A stretch of 63,524 nt of DNA, the filler included, from Stramenopiles sp. TOSAG23-3 (lineage: Eukaryota): the NCBI GenBank assembly GCA_900128585.1. It is 6 parts of 6 records of this genome, joined end to end, with 100 filler letters (N's around TTAATTAATTAA, not from the genome) between each part and the next. Parts side by side here need not be neighbours in the genome. Positions count along the whole stretch, not along the records: positions 1 to 27,416 come from LT642262.1; positions 27,517 to 54,756 come from LT642263.1; 4 more parts are not named here. One strand, 5' to 3'. Positions within the stretch are counted from its first letter, which is position 1. Every line of letters starts with the position of its first letter. This document shows positions 19,747 through 29,144 of the stretch, in pieces. The notes beneath the pieces were generated by a model. That model was not told the DNA's origin. It saw only the letters and a list, made by a program, of their open reading frames with translations, and made no database searches. The translations under genes and the position numbers were made by a program.

Positions 19747-21996
19747 ATGGAAGACGAAGTTTTGAAGGGTCAATTTGATGCTGTTGTTTTAGGTACTGGT
19801 TTGGTGCAGTCCATTCTTGCGGGCGCCCTTGCATTGCATGGAAAAAAAGTTATTCACATCGATAAGAACGATTTTTATGGTGAATACACTTCGTCCCACA
19901 CCCTCGACAGTTTTCCATCGACCGATGCGAGCCCTGGGGAACGTGCAGAACCGAGCACCGTGCCGTGCGCAGACAATGTAGACACAAAGAGTTTTTCTCT
20001 GCCGACAAGGTCTCTTGCGGGGATGAACGTTTTGTCAGTGTCCCCCAATGGCCTGGGGGAGAGAAAAAAGAAGCTCCAGGCCATAAAAAGGTTCCCAGTT
20101 GGCGCGGTCGTTGACGTTTCCCCGTTTGGCCTAGGGTTCGTCGCGGCGCACCACGACAATGGGAACGCGAAAGTGTTGCTCGACTGGAGGCTGGCGGACA
20201 ACGGGAACCAGAGTTTTGCAGTTATGCACGTTCCGTTCAATCGCTTAAGAAAGGCCTTTCCTGGCACAAAAGTTCGCACGCCCATGGGGGAGGGAAAGCT
20301 ATGGTCGATGAGGAAGAAGGACAATGTCGCGGTGGTGCACTTGAATTGGCGGCTCGCGAACGGAGGGGTCGCCCAGCTGTTCGTTCCCCAACGAACGCTC
20401 CTGAGGTCAAGGTGGCTGCAAGAGGTCCAGGCAGAATCGATAGCAGCAGCAGCAGCAGTGCATGGGAGCACGGCAAACGGCACGTCGGACGCTCTGAATG
20501 GCATGATCTTGAACTCCCACCGGTTCTGCATTGACCTGTCGCCGTACCTGCTGCTCTGCCGCGGCGCGTCCGTCAATTACATCGTTCAGTCCAACGTTGC
20601 GCAGTACATCGAGTTCAAGTCCTTGGACAAAATGCACCTTGCGACGAGCGTCGCGGAGGGGGGCTTGAAAATAAAGGCCGTGCCGTGCACAAAATCTGAT
20701 GTGTTCAAGTCAAGTGAACTGTCGCTGGTAGAAAAAAGGGTCTTGATGAAGTTCACGCGATTCTGCGTTGACATTGGCACCGAGGATGTGCTGAGAAAAA
20801 ACGATCGCACCTTGGGGAGCGGCAGGTCGTTGACAAGGCCGCAGAACAAAAGGGTGGAGAGCTACGATTACGAGGGGCACCGTGAAAAACCTTTTTCCGA
20901 GTTCTTGAAGAATTGCAACGTGCCCGACGGGCTAGCGAGCACAATCATGTACGCCATCGGGCTTCTCCCGTCAAACTGCGAGTCGTACAACTCCGCGGTG
21001 ACCACGGAGGTCGGGATGGCTGCCATCCAGAGCCACCTAGCGGCGCTGGGGCGATTTGGAAATACGGCGTTTTTGACCCCTCTGTGGGGTGCAGGGGAAA
21101 TGCCCCAGGCCTTTTGCCGGCTGGCTGCGGTGAACGGGGGGATATACTTGCTCCGAAAAACTCCAGTAGTGATGAACGTTGCCCTCGGCGGGCAGGGGGG
21201 CACCAGCGAAATGGTCATGATGGAAGGCGAATACCAGACGAGCGCCGAAGCGGACGCGGACGCGTCGTTCCACAGCCTTGTGCTGAGAGACGGTTCGCGC
21301 ATCAAAGGGGAGAACCTGGTGATGGGGGAGGATTACATCCCCTCGGAATTTTTGGCGCCTGAGTCCGGGGACGCTGGGCCTGGGGTTGCACGCTGCGCCC
21401 TGGTAACGAAGACGCCGTTGGCCAGCGACGGATGTGGCAAAGCAATGGTGGTGGTCCCGCCGTTTACCAATGGAATCGGCAACCAGCGAACCATTTACGT
21501 GCTCCAGTTGGACGACGAATCGAACGTTGCCCCGAAGGATTACTACGTGGTCCACCTTACAACAGAAGTGGCGCGCGGGGAAACGAAGGGCCAAGCCGCG
21601 GACGCGGTAGAGTCCCTGAAAAGGGTGGTTGCATCCTTCTACACAGATGACGAAAGCGTCCTGTGGAGCTCTTACTTCACCCGCTCGTCTGCACGATTGC
21701 GACGGAAAGGCGCCGAAGTACCGCGCGGTGTGTTCTTCGTTACCGAAGATTATTCGGCAGAGGCGGCGCCGACGACGGGCGAACCTTTGTCCATGGTCTG
21801 CTTCCAAAGCGCATTCAACCGCGCAAAGGCCATATTTGAACGAATTTGCCCAGAGGGAGAATTTCTGAAGAAGCCCGAAGAGCTCGCCGAGGCCCACGCG
21901 GCGCTTCAGCGCATCGGTGGCGACGAGGACGTAGACAGTGACCTCGAGGGCCTCGAATTTGATGAATCGTTGTACATGGAAGAGGGCGAGGACTGA
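19747..21996 (+). CDS. Rab escort protein (REP/CHM, Rab GGTase component A), GDI superfamily
   Basis: FDAVVLGTGLVQSILAGAL..GKKVIHIDKNDFYG, RFCIDLSP, SNVAQYIEFK, VPCTKSDVF, LGRFGNTAFLTPLWGAGEMPQAFCRLAAVNGGIYLLR. Confidence 0.92.
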   Translation: MEDEVLKGQFDAVVLGTGLVQSILAGALALHGKKVIHIDKNDFYGEYTSSHTLDSFPSTDASPGERAEPSTVPCADNVDTKSFSLPTRSLAGMNVLSVSPNGLGERKKKLQAIKRFPVGAVVDVSPFGLGFVAAHHDNGNAKVLLDWRLADNGNQSFAVMHVPFNRLRKAFPGTKVRTPMGEGKLWSMRKKDNVAVVHLNWRLANGGVAQLFVPQRTLLRSRWLQEVQAESIAAAAAVHGSTANGTSDALNGMILNSHRFCIDLSPYLLLCRGASVNYIVQSNVAQYIEFKSLDKMHLATSVAEGGLKIKAVPCTKSDVFKSSELSLVEKRVLMKFTRFCVDIGTEDVLRKNDRTLGSGRSLTRPQNKRVESYDYEGHREKPFSEFLKNCNVPDGLASTIMYAIGLLPSNCESYNSAVTTEVGMAAIQSHLAALGRFGNTAFLTPLWGAGEMPQAFCRLAAVNGGIYLLRKTPVVMNVALGGQGGTSEMVMMEGEYQTSAEADADASFHSLVLRDGSRIKGENLVMGEDYIPSEFLAPESGDAGPGVARCALVTKTPLASDGCGKAMVVVPPFTNGIGNQRTIYVLQLDDESNVAPKDYYVVHLTTEVARGETKGQAADAVESLKRVVASFYTDDESVLWSSYFTRSSARLRRKGAEVPRGVFFVTEDYSAEAAPTTGEPLSMVCFQSAFNRAKAIFERICPEGEFLKKPEELAEAHAALQRIGGDEDVDSDLEGLEFDESLYMEEGED

Positions 21997-22157
21997 CGGA
22001 GTGGGGTGGGAGAGGTGTAAATAGAGAGGAGAGAACTGTGTCGTTGCGAAGTTGTGCAACGGCGTGAGTAAGAATTCTTACAAAACAAAAACCTTATTTT
22101 TGTAATATATTTAATTATATATGTGTATGTACGATGAGGCTTGGGCGGCCATTGGTT

Positions 22158-23627
22158 TTACTTGGGCTCAATGTCTTTAAACTCTGGGTGCGGCATATCG
22201 AACTCGTCGCGCTTGTCGTTCCTCATGTCCATCTTCGTGGCCCACTGATTCTTCGGGAGTTCCTTGTTCAAGTAATCGTTCTGCACCTTGTCCTTCCTTG
22301 AGTTCGGGTACTGGTTCCAGTCGTCGATTTTGTGCGTCTGATCGCGGTGCCTACGTTCCATTTCTTTTCCGAACTCCAAGGCGGGGTTGGCACCTTGCAT
22401 CTTTCCACCGGTGAGCTCGTTGCTGCCGACCTCGCCACCTTGGCGCTGGATACTATTTCCTTGCGTCTGCCTGGTGAACTGCGAGCTAATTTCTTTATTG
22501 TAGTCGTCTGCTATCTTTGTCTCGGGCTCCTTCTTGACGACCTTTTCCTTCGGCCTGAGGTACTGAATGTCGAAGCCTGGGACGTCGTCTTGGTGCTCCA
22601 TGCGCTGGTTGATGGACAACATGTCGTCGACTTCATTGCCGACGTGCCCCTCTTCTAAATGACCCTCGCTGCTGCGGTCGCGCAGGATCTTCCCCTTGGT
22701 GATTCCGATGGTCGGCGTGCCGCTGTTGACGTCCTGCTTTCTGACCCCGAGCCCAGCCATTTTCTTCTTGTCTAAGATGGTAAGATCTGGCGTGAGGATG
22801 GGGTTCTTCGGCTTCTCGATCGGAGTCCCGCCCTTCCCGGTCTCAGACTCTTTGATGGCCTGCTCCAAGGCCTTCTTCATGGCGTCGTTCACGACGTCCG
22901 TGATCTGCTTGTCGGTCGGGGCGACGTCCTTCAGGCGCGCCGTCAAGATGACGGGGAGCGTCTCGTTGGTCGCGTGGGCGGCGGCCCAGAGGGCCTTGTC
23001 CTCCGTGATCTTTTCGTGGGCCGAATGCCCGATCAAAAGGTGTCGCATGCCTAGCCGGTCGATGAGGCGTTCCCGCTCGACCTGGAGTTTCGTTTCGTTG
23101 GGCAGGATCTTGATCAGCGCCATGATCTGCCTTAGCCGGTGGTGGGCCTTGCCGAGAAAGAGCACGTTCCCCCTCATCTTCTCCGTCCCGTTTTGCCCCT
23201 CGATGACGGTGGTGGTCACGGGCCCGGCCGTCGTGTTGTAGTGGACGAAGCGCTCGCAGCGGTCCCCGAGCCAGTCCCCCTCGCAGACGCACTCCTTCAG
23301 GTCGACGTTGCACTTGCCGTGGTGGCTGCAAAAGTCTAAGTGCGCGCAGTACGTCAGGTCGTCCGGGGTGTCGTCGAAGTCGGAGGTCGGGCGATCGAGC
23401 CTGATCGCTTCGTACTTCTTCACTATTTTTACACAGCACTGGTTGGTGTAGTCGCCCGTGCAGTGCCCTGGCTGCAGAGACGTCGTGCAGTTCCCAGGCT
23501 TGCCACAGGTCCCGGTGACTCCGTGTAGGCAGGGCATCCCGGGGTCCCCAGGCTTGCGCAGGTCTACGCTGGCGGAAGCGTAGGAGGCGGCCAAGGCCAG
23601 CGACGCGACGAGGTATCTACTAAACAT
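22158..23627 (-). CDS. Secreted protein with a Cys-rich N-terminal module and one EGF-like domain
   Basis: Signal peptide MFSRYLVASLALAASYASA; 6-Cys module CLHGVTGTC...C...GHCTGDYTNQCC; EGF CSHHGKC...CVCEGDWLGDRC; long hydrophilic tail. Confidence 0.8.
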   Translation of the reverse strand: MFSRYLVASLALAASYASASVDLRKPGDPGMPCLHGVTGTCGKPGNCTTSLQPGHCTGDYTNQCCVKIVKKYEAIRLDRPTSDFDDTPDDLTYCAHLDFCSHHGKCNVDLKECVCEGDWLGDRCERFVHYNTTAGPVTTTVIEGQNGTEKMRGNVLFLGKAHHRLRQIMALIKILPNETKLQVERERLIDRLGMRHLLIGHSAHEKITEDKALWAAAHATNETLPVILTARLKDVAPTDKQITDVVNDAMKKALEQAIKESETGKGGTPIEKPKNPILTPDLTILDKKKMAGLGVRKQDVNSGTPTIGITKGKILRDRSSEGHLEEGHVGNEVDDMLSINQRMEHQDDVPGFDIQYLRPKEKVVKKEPETKIADDYNKEISSQFTRQTQGNSIQRQGGEVGSNELTGGKMQGANPALEFGKEMERRHRDQTHKIDDWNQYPNSRKDKVQNDYLNKELPKNQWATKMDMRNDKRDEFDMPHPEFKDIEPK

Positions 23628-24052
23628 GCTGCGTTTTTGTTTGTTTGCGTGCAGTGCAATTATTCAAAACTAACGACTCAAACCCGAAAACGAAAACGGT
23701 AAATACTATTGAAATACGGCTGGCAGACAGTGAAATAAAAAAGCACTAACTTCCCACTCACTCGACAGACAGACGAACGGGTCCCAACTCGATCGATGTT
23801 AACGTTCACTCCTTGCTTCGAACGAACCAACAAACAGAACACTCACCGTAAGAAAGACAGGTAAGTAAACGAGCGAAGAAACAAACAAACGAAGAAACAA
23901 ACACTTGTTCACAGCGTCACGCAAGAATGATACGAAAGGACAAGCTTTAATAACCAGACGTTTGTTGTCTTCGCACATCAATCAACCTCTTTTGTTCCAC
24001 TACTTTAACTCTTGTAACAATTTAATAATTTATTTCCTTTCAATATTAGCTC

Positions 24053-24088
<36 letters not shown>

Positions 24089-24459
24089 TTTCTTTTTCTT
24101 TAAATTTAATAAAATAAACGAAAACTAGATCGATGCTATTTTAATGTATTATACTTATATTATGTATATAATTATTCCTATCTATTTATAATATAATAAT
24201 ACCCCCCCCCCCCCCCCTCTTCTTTTCATCTTTTTTAGTTGAATAAAAAAAAGAGGAACGGAGTCTCCTCCTTTTTATTTTAATTTAAAAAAAGAAATAA
24301 ATAGTACATATTTATATAGTGTTTCTATATACATTATACAGTATCAGTTAAGTAAGAATTATAGATTAGATAGAAAGAAGGCTAACTATATTATTTAATT
24401 TAAACAGGTATAAATAAGAGAGATAAGAGAATGGCAGAATTAATAGAATAAGCCTTGCC

Positions 24460-24672
24460 TGCTTCCTTCCTTTCTTCCTTTCTTCCTCTTCTTCCTCTTC
24501 TTCCTTCCTTCCTCTTCTTCCTCTTCTTCCTTCCTCTTCTTCCTTCCTTCCTCTTCTTCCTTTCTTCCTTCCTTCCTCTTCTTCCTCTTCTTCCTTCCTC
24601 TTCTTCCTCTTCTTCCTTCCTCTTCTTCCTCTTCTTCCTTCCTCTTCTTCCTTCCTCTTCTTCCTTCCTTCC
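24460..24672. repeat. Polypyrimidine compound repeat (CTT/CCT) in a divergent intergenic region
   Basis: About 210 nt made almost only of C and T on the + strand, with recurring CTTCCTCTT units. Confidence 0.95.
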
Positions 24673-25319
24673 TGGCCTTTCCAACTGATAAATTCGTTTT
24701 ATAAAATAGGGTATTAATAAAAGGAGATGTTCTATTTATTATAAGTTACCGGTTGATAATATTCATTTTGTTCTCTAATACTGTATGGTATAAATACTCT
24801 CTCTTCTTCTTTTTATTATAATAATATTATTTAAGAGAGAAGAGAGAAGAGACTAATAATTTAATTTAAAATTATTATTTTTATTACGACTATATTATAA
24901 ATAATAGGCAATTTTATTAATTATTTATTATTAGACTATCATAGTAGGTCTTCTATCTATACTCTATACATCTCTACAACAACATCTTCTAATGTGGTGT
25001 GTGTATACAGTACCAATTGGTATTGTGTTATACTTTAAAGGTAGCATTTTTATCTACGTTAAGAGTATTTGATATTCATTAGGGTTAACAAAGATAGAGA
25101 ACGAGAGAGAGAGAGAGAGAGAAAGAGAAAGAGGCTTGTTAAACCAGTATTTATAGATTGTAAAGGGTTTAGTGTGTTTGTACATAGTAGTTCGCATTCA
25201 CGTACAAACCAACGAGACCGTCGTCCTCAACACCAACTGCAGTAGTTAGCTGGAGCGACCCCGGTGACCGGACGAACGAGCGAACGAGCGGGAGGACCAC
25301 GTTGCGGTCTGCGTGCCAT

Positions 25320-26483
25320 ATGTCGTCCAAGGCCACCGATGAGGGGGATTTCAGCTCGAAAATGGCGGACATGGACATAAAGGATTCCGAAATTAGAGGC
25401 ACCGACGAGGGGAAGAGCGGGGAGGGCAGCAGCCCGGGGCGCCTGAGGAAGCGACCCTCCCGCCTGGCCATTCCGAAGAACCTAGACTCCGGCCACTTTT
25501 ACGGGGAAGGCAAAGAGGGCGGGGGCGAGAAGTCGAAAGCGATGAGCAAGGAGGTCATTGCGATGACCGACATGTCGAACGGCGTGTTTGGGGAAGACTG
25601 GGCGTTAGCGGAGAATATCGGGAAGGGAAGCACGTGCACCGTGTTCCGTTGCAAGCGGATTATCGGGGGAAAGGTGACCAACATTTGTTGCGCGGTGAAG
25701 GTGGTCGATAAGAAGCGGCTGGGGTTCGGGCGGAGGAAGGACAACATCCTGGCCCACATTCGCACGGAAGTGGAGGTTTTGAGAAAAATCGGGAGCCACC
25801 CATGCATTGTAAAGCTCGTTGCCGCGTACGAGTCGGAAGCCCAGATCCACATCGTGACCGAGCTGATGGAAGGCGGGGAACTTTTTGATTACATATGCGA
25901 CAAGGAGCAGCTGACGGAGGCCGAGGCGATGCAGATCGTCCGCCGGATCGCGTCCGCCCTCGCGTACCTCCACTGCAACAACATCATTCACCGGGACCTG
26001 AAGCCGGAGAATCTGCTGCTCAAGGCAAAGGGGGACGTCTCCGAGATCAAAGTCATCGACTTTGGCTTCAGCAAGATCGCGTCCAGGACAAAGTCGTTCC
26101 TCGGCACCCAAGGCTACCTGGCGCCAGAAATGATGAAGGCGGACGGGTACACCGCGGCCGTCGACATGTGGGCCCTGGGTATATGTATATACGCCATTTT
26201 GTCCGGGTACCTGCCCTTTGACGACGACCTTGACGAAGAGGAGCCGACGTACGAGGTGCAATTCCCAGACGAGCAGTGGGGGAAAATTAGTGATGAAGCG
26301 AAAGACCTCATTCGTAGACTTTTGAACCCGGACCCGAAGAAACGGATGAACTCGGGGGCGGTCACCAAGCACGCCTGGTTGATGAAGCGCCAGGGGCTGG
26401 GCACAACGTTCCTGGACTCTCCAAAGATGATCGGAAACTTGAAGAAAAAGAAAGGGGACTGGCGCTCGCGCCTCATGGGTTGA
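25320..26483 (+). CDS. Ser/Thr protein kinase, CAMK group
   Basis: IGKGSTCTV, AVK, ELMEGGELFD, HRDLKPEN, DFG, GTQGYLAPE, DMWALG, ISDEAKDLI. Confidence 0.95.
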   Translation: MSSKATDEGDFSSKMADMDIKDSEIRGTDEGKSGEGSSPGRLRKRPSRLAIPKNLDSGHFYGEGKEGGGEKSKAMSKEVIAMTDMSNGVFGEDWALAENIGKGSTCTVFRCKRIIGGKVTNICCAVKVVDKKRLGFGRRKDNILAHIRTEVEVLRKIGSHPCIVKLVAAYESEAQIHIVTELMEGGELFDYICDKEQLTEAEAMQIVRRIASALAYLHCNNIIHRDLKPENLLLKAKGDVSEIKVIDFGFSKIASRTKSFLGTQGYLAPEMMKADGYTAAVDMWALGICIYAILSGYLPFDDDLDEEEPTYEVQFPDEQWGKISDEAKDLIRRLLNPDPKKRMNSGAVTKHAWLMKRQGLGTTFLDSPKMIGNLKKKKGDWRSRLMG

Positions 26484-26695
26484 AGGAGAGAAACGAGATG
26501 ATGATTTGCTGTAAATGTTACTTGTAAGAAACGCTTATATTCTACTAAGAATCTTACACCTCTCTAAAATCTAAAAAAAAGCGTGTGCACAGTGTGCGTA
26601 ATGCTGGATGTTCTGCGTGAAGTTAATCGCGAAGTCCATGGATGGTTAGAGGGGAGCCTTTGGGCCGGCACCTTACAAGCCACCACTTTCAAACT

Positions 26696-27416
26696 TCAAA
26701 CTTCCTTGCCGTCGGCCATGGCCCTGCTCTTCTTCAGAAAAGATGGGATCCTGCGCTGGTTGGAACCATCTTTGGAGCTTTGGTCGAACATGGCGGCCTT
26801 CGCCTTCAGTCTCGCTCGGGCCGCTTTTCGGTCCGAGACTTTCTTGGCCTCTTCCACTGCCTGCTTCTTTGCCAGCGCCTCGGACGCGGTTTCCCCGCCG
26901 CTCTTCTTCATCGCCCTTCGCTTCGCCGCGTTCAAGGTAATCTCTAAACGGTTCATCTCGGTCGAACTTTGGGACAAGAGCTGGGCAATTTCATTCTTTG
27001 CAGTCAGGCCCCTCACCCCCGGCAGGGCCGCCTTCTTGTTCAGCTTTTCGAGCTTCTTCGCCCTCGCTCGCTTCGTCGCGAAGAACTCGTCCAAGGCCCT
27101 CTGGAGGTCTGCAGGCAACCCGGCGGGAAACGTAAACAGCTCGGTCAAAAGCTCGTTCCCCACGCCTGTGACCCCTACGCCGCCTTTCGTCAAGTCGTAC
27201 GGGCAGGACTTTTCCCTCCGGCCGTAGTAAGCCTTCAATATCATGGGCTTGTAGTGCAGCAAAAGGTATTCTAAGAAACTGATGCGGTCGTCGAAGTTCA
27301 GGTCCACGTCCCTGAGCTCTTCCTTCCGCTGAAGGCCCGTCCTTGTTTTCCCGTTCTTCTGAAGGAAATGAGCGGCCTGAATGCAACTGCAGTCGTTCTC
27401 GTCCCCAGCGTCCAAC
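26696..27416 (-). CDS. EF-hand protein similar to calcium-regulated actin-bundling protein ABP34 (5' truncated)
   Basis: AAHFLQKNGKTRT...LRDVDLNFDDRISFLEYLL EF-hand, GVRGLTAKNEIAQL, RARLKAKAAMF; recalled similarity to the Dictyostelium ABP34 family. Confidence 0.75.
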
Positions 27417-27516
27417 NNNNNNNNNNNNNNNNNNNNNNNNNNNNNNNNNNNNNNNNNNNNTTAATTAATTAANNNNNNNNNNNNNNNNNNNNNNNNNNNN
27501 NNNNNNNNNNNNNNNN
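27417..27516. other. Artificial contig linker
   Basis: 100-nt N spacer with a central TTAATTAATTAA (stops in all six frames). Confidence 0.98.
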
Positions 27517-27517
27517 T

Positions 27518-27661
27518 AATTCAGAGGCAGAGTTGGTAGAATCATTTGAAGAATCTGATGATGATGATGGAATGAAAGGAAATGATCGTAAGTTGGGTTT
27601 TCAAGGTGCATTAATGACTTCTGGTAGTTTTACTATGATGGCTTCGTCTGGTTTGGCTTAA
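27518..27661 (+). CDS. 3' end of an unknown gene (truncated by contig start)
   Basis: Open frame from the contig edge: NSEAELVESFEESDDDDGMKGNDRKLGFQGALMTSGSFTMMASSGLA*, followed by AT-rich DNA. Confidence 0.5.
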   Translation, partial: NSEAELVESFEESDDDDGMKGNDRKLGFQGALMTSGSFTMMASSGLA

Positions 27662-29144
27662 GAGGGATAAATGACGTATAGTATTAATTAATTTCTATTT
27701 TTTCTGTTAATTTCTAAAAAATTTCACATAGATCCTCTCACAGAGTTATTTAAATATGTGCCATTCATTATGAACATTTTAGTACATTGCTATAATTGGA
27801 ATAAGAGTATTATTAAGTACAAAATGTATCTGTAAGAATTAAAGCGGCACATCATCCAATCTTTTTTCAGAAGAAGAAGAAGCACATCATCAGCACATAG
27901 AGTTGTAGTGTAATGATTCTTCATTTACAGTGTTTACACACCCGGAATGGAAATCGTGCTTACCATATTATATTTGCTGCTGCCATCATTATGCTTCTCG
28001 GCCGATGATGAAGCTCTCTCATGGTTCATCTCCATCGAATATTGTGTATCTTCAACCTGTAAAATGAGTTAGTCCCAGTTTCACAATATACATTTCCAGT
28101 TACAAATAACATGTGTTCCTGCTTTTTATCAAAAATCATTGTATCTATATCAGACATACTAAATAATAAAATTTGGAGAAAAATCGATCGTTTTGTATAG
28201 CGTTTGTGTGTATGTATGTATGTATATCTCCAGTGAGTCACTAAAATCAATATATATCTTAAATCCAGACCAACCATAAAATTGTACAAAGGGCAGGACA
28301 CCGGTATTCGTGAGCAATCAACTGTGATCACCGTACTGTTTACTGTAATAATAATGTACTGATACGTAAATTTCAAACCCTAAATATAACAAAACGTAGC
28401 ATTTTATGAAGGACGCGCCGATTGATGAGGTCTTAAAACAGTAAGAAGAACTCCACTAAATAATCAATTCAATCCTCCGCCGTTAGTACGCGTAGATTAC
28501 ACACACCGTGTAAATAATAAAATTTGGCGAAAGAGATGGGCTCCAAAATAAGAAGGAAATTATTCCAATTTCGATTGAATGGAATTTAACCACCCACACA
28601 ACCTATTAATTGCACGAAGTGCGGAAGTACGCACATTCAGTGTGGCGGAAAAACGTTTTCGTTTTATTTAGTGTTTTGTACTTCAAAATAGTCAGTAATA
28701 ATATTTTTGAATAGGGGGAAACCTGACATATTCTTCTGATCAATAGTGTCTAATACATTAGTACATTTTTCATGAAATAAAAAACACTGAGCTGCTAATT
28801 CGTTAAAAATCACCCTAATTGTGTGTTCCTGTACATATTTTTCATATTTTTTACTTGTGATAAATAAACCAACTTTCTTCGTCCGATTATGAATAAGAGA
28901 GGACAATTCTAATATCCATTTTCCAATATAAAAATTCTTCAGATAATACAAACTCAGACTCTCTGTAACTGCGGCTATGCAGAGTGGTGTGATTTTACTG
29001 CCTGCCCTAGTTGTGAAAGTTTGTCGGATGGATCAGCAGTAGTAAAGGGATAACACCTAGTCTGAGGTGGGTGCAACGCCATGAACAAAAAGAGGGATAT
29101 TGTCTGTACCCTCTAGCAACACAACATCGATCACAGAACTAAAA

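Noticed and set aside
9969-27386. Long antisense or alternate-frame ORFs (e.g. 9969-10820, 21037-22059, 25605-26372, 26583-27227, also 1172-1561)
   Set aside because: Shadows of GC-rich real CDSs on the opposite strand; no recognisable motifs.
27840-29090. Short minus-strand ORFs 28026-28376 and 28664-28951
   Set aside because: AT-rich, non-ATG starts, no motifs; possibly decayed coding sequence but not supportable.
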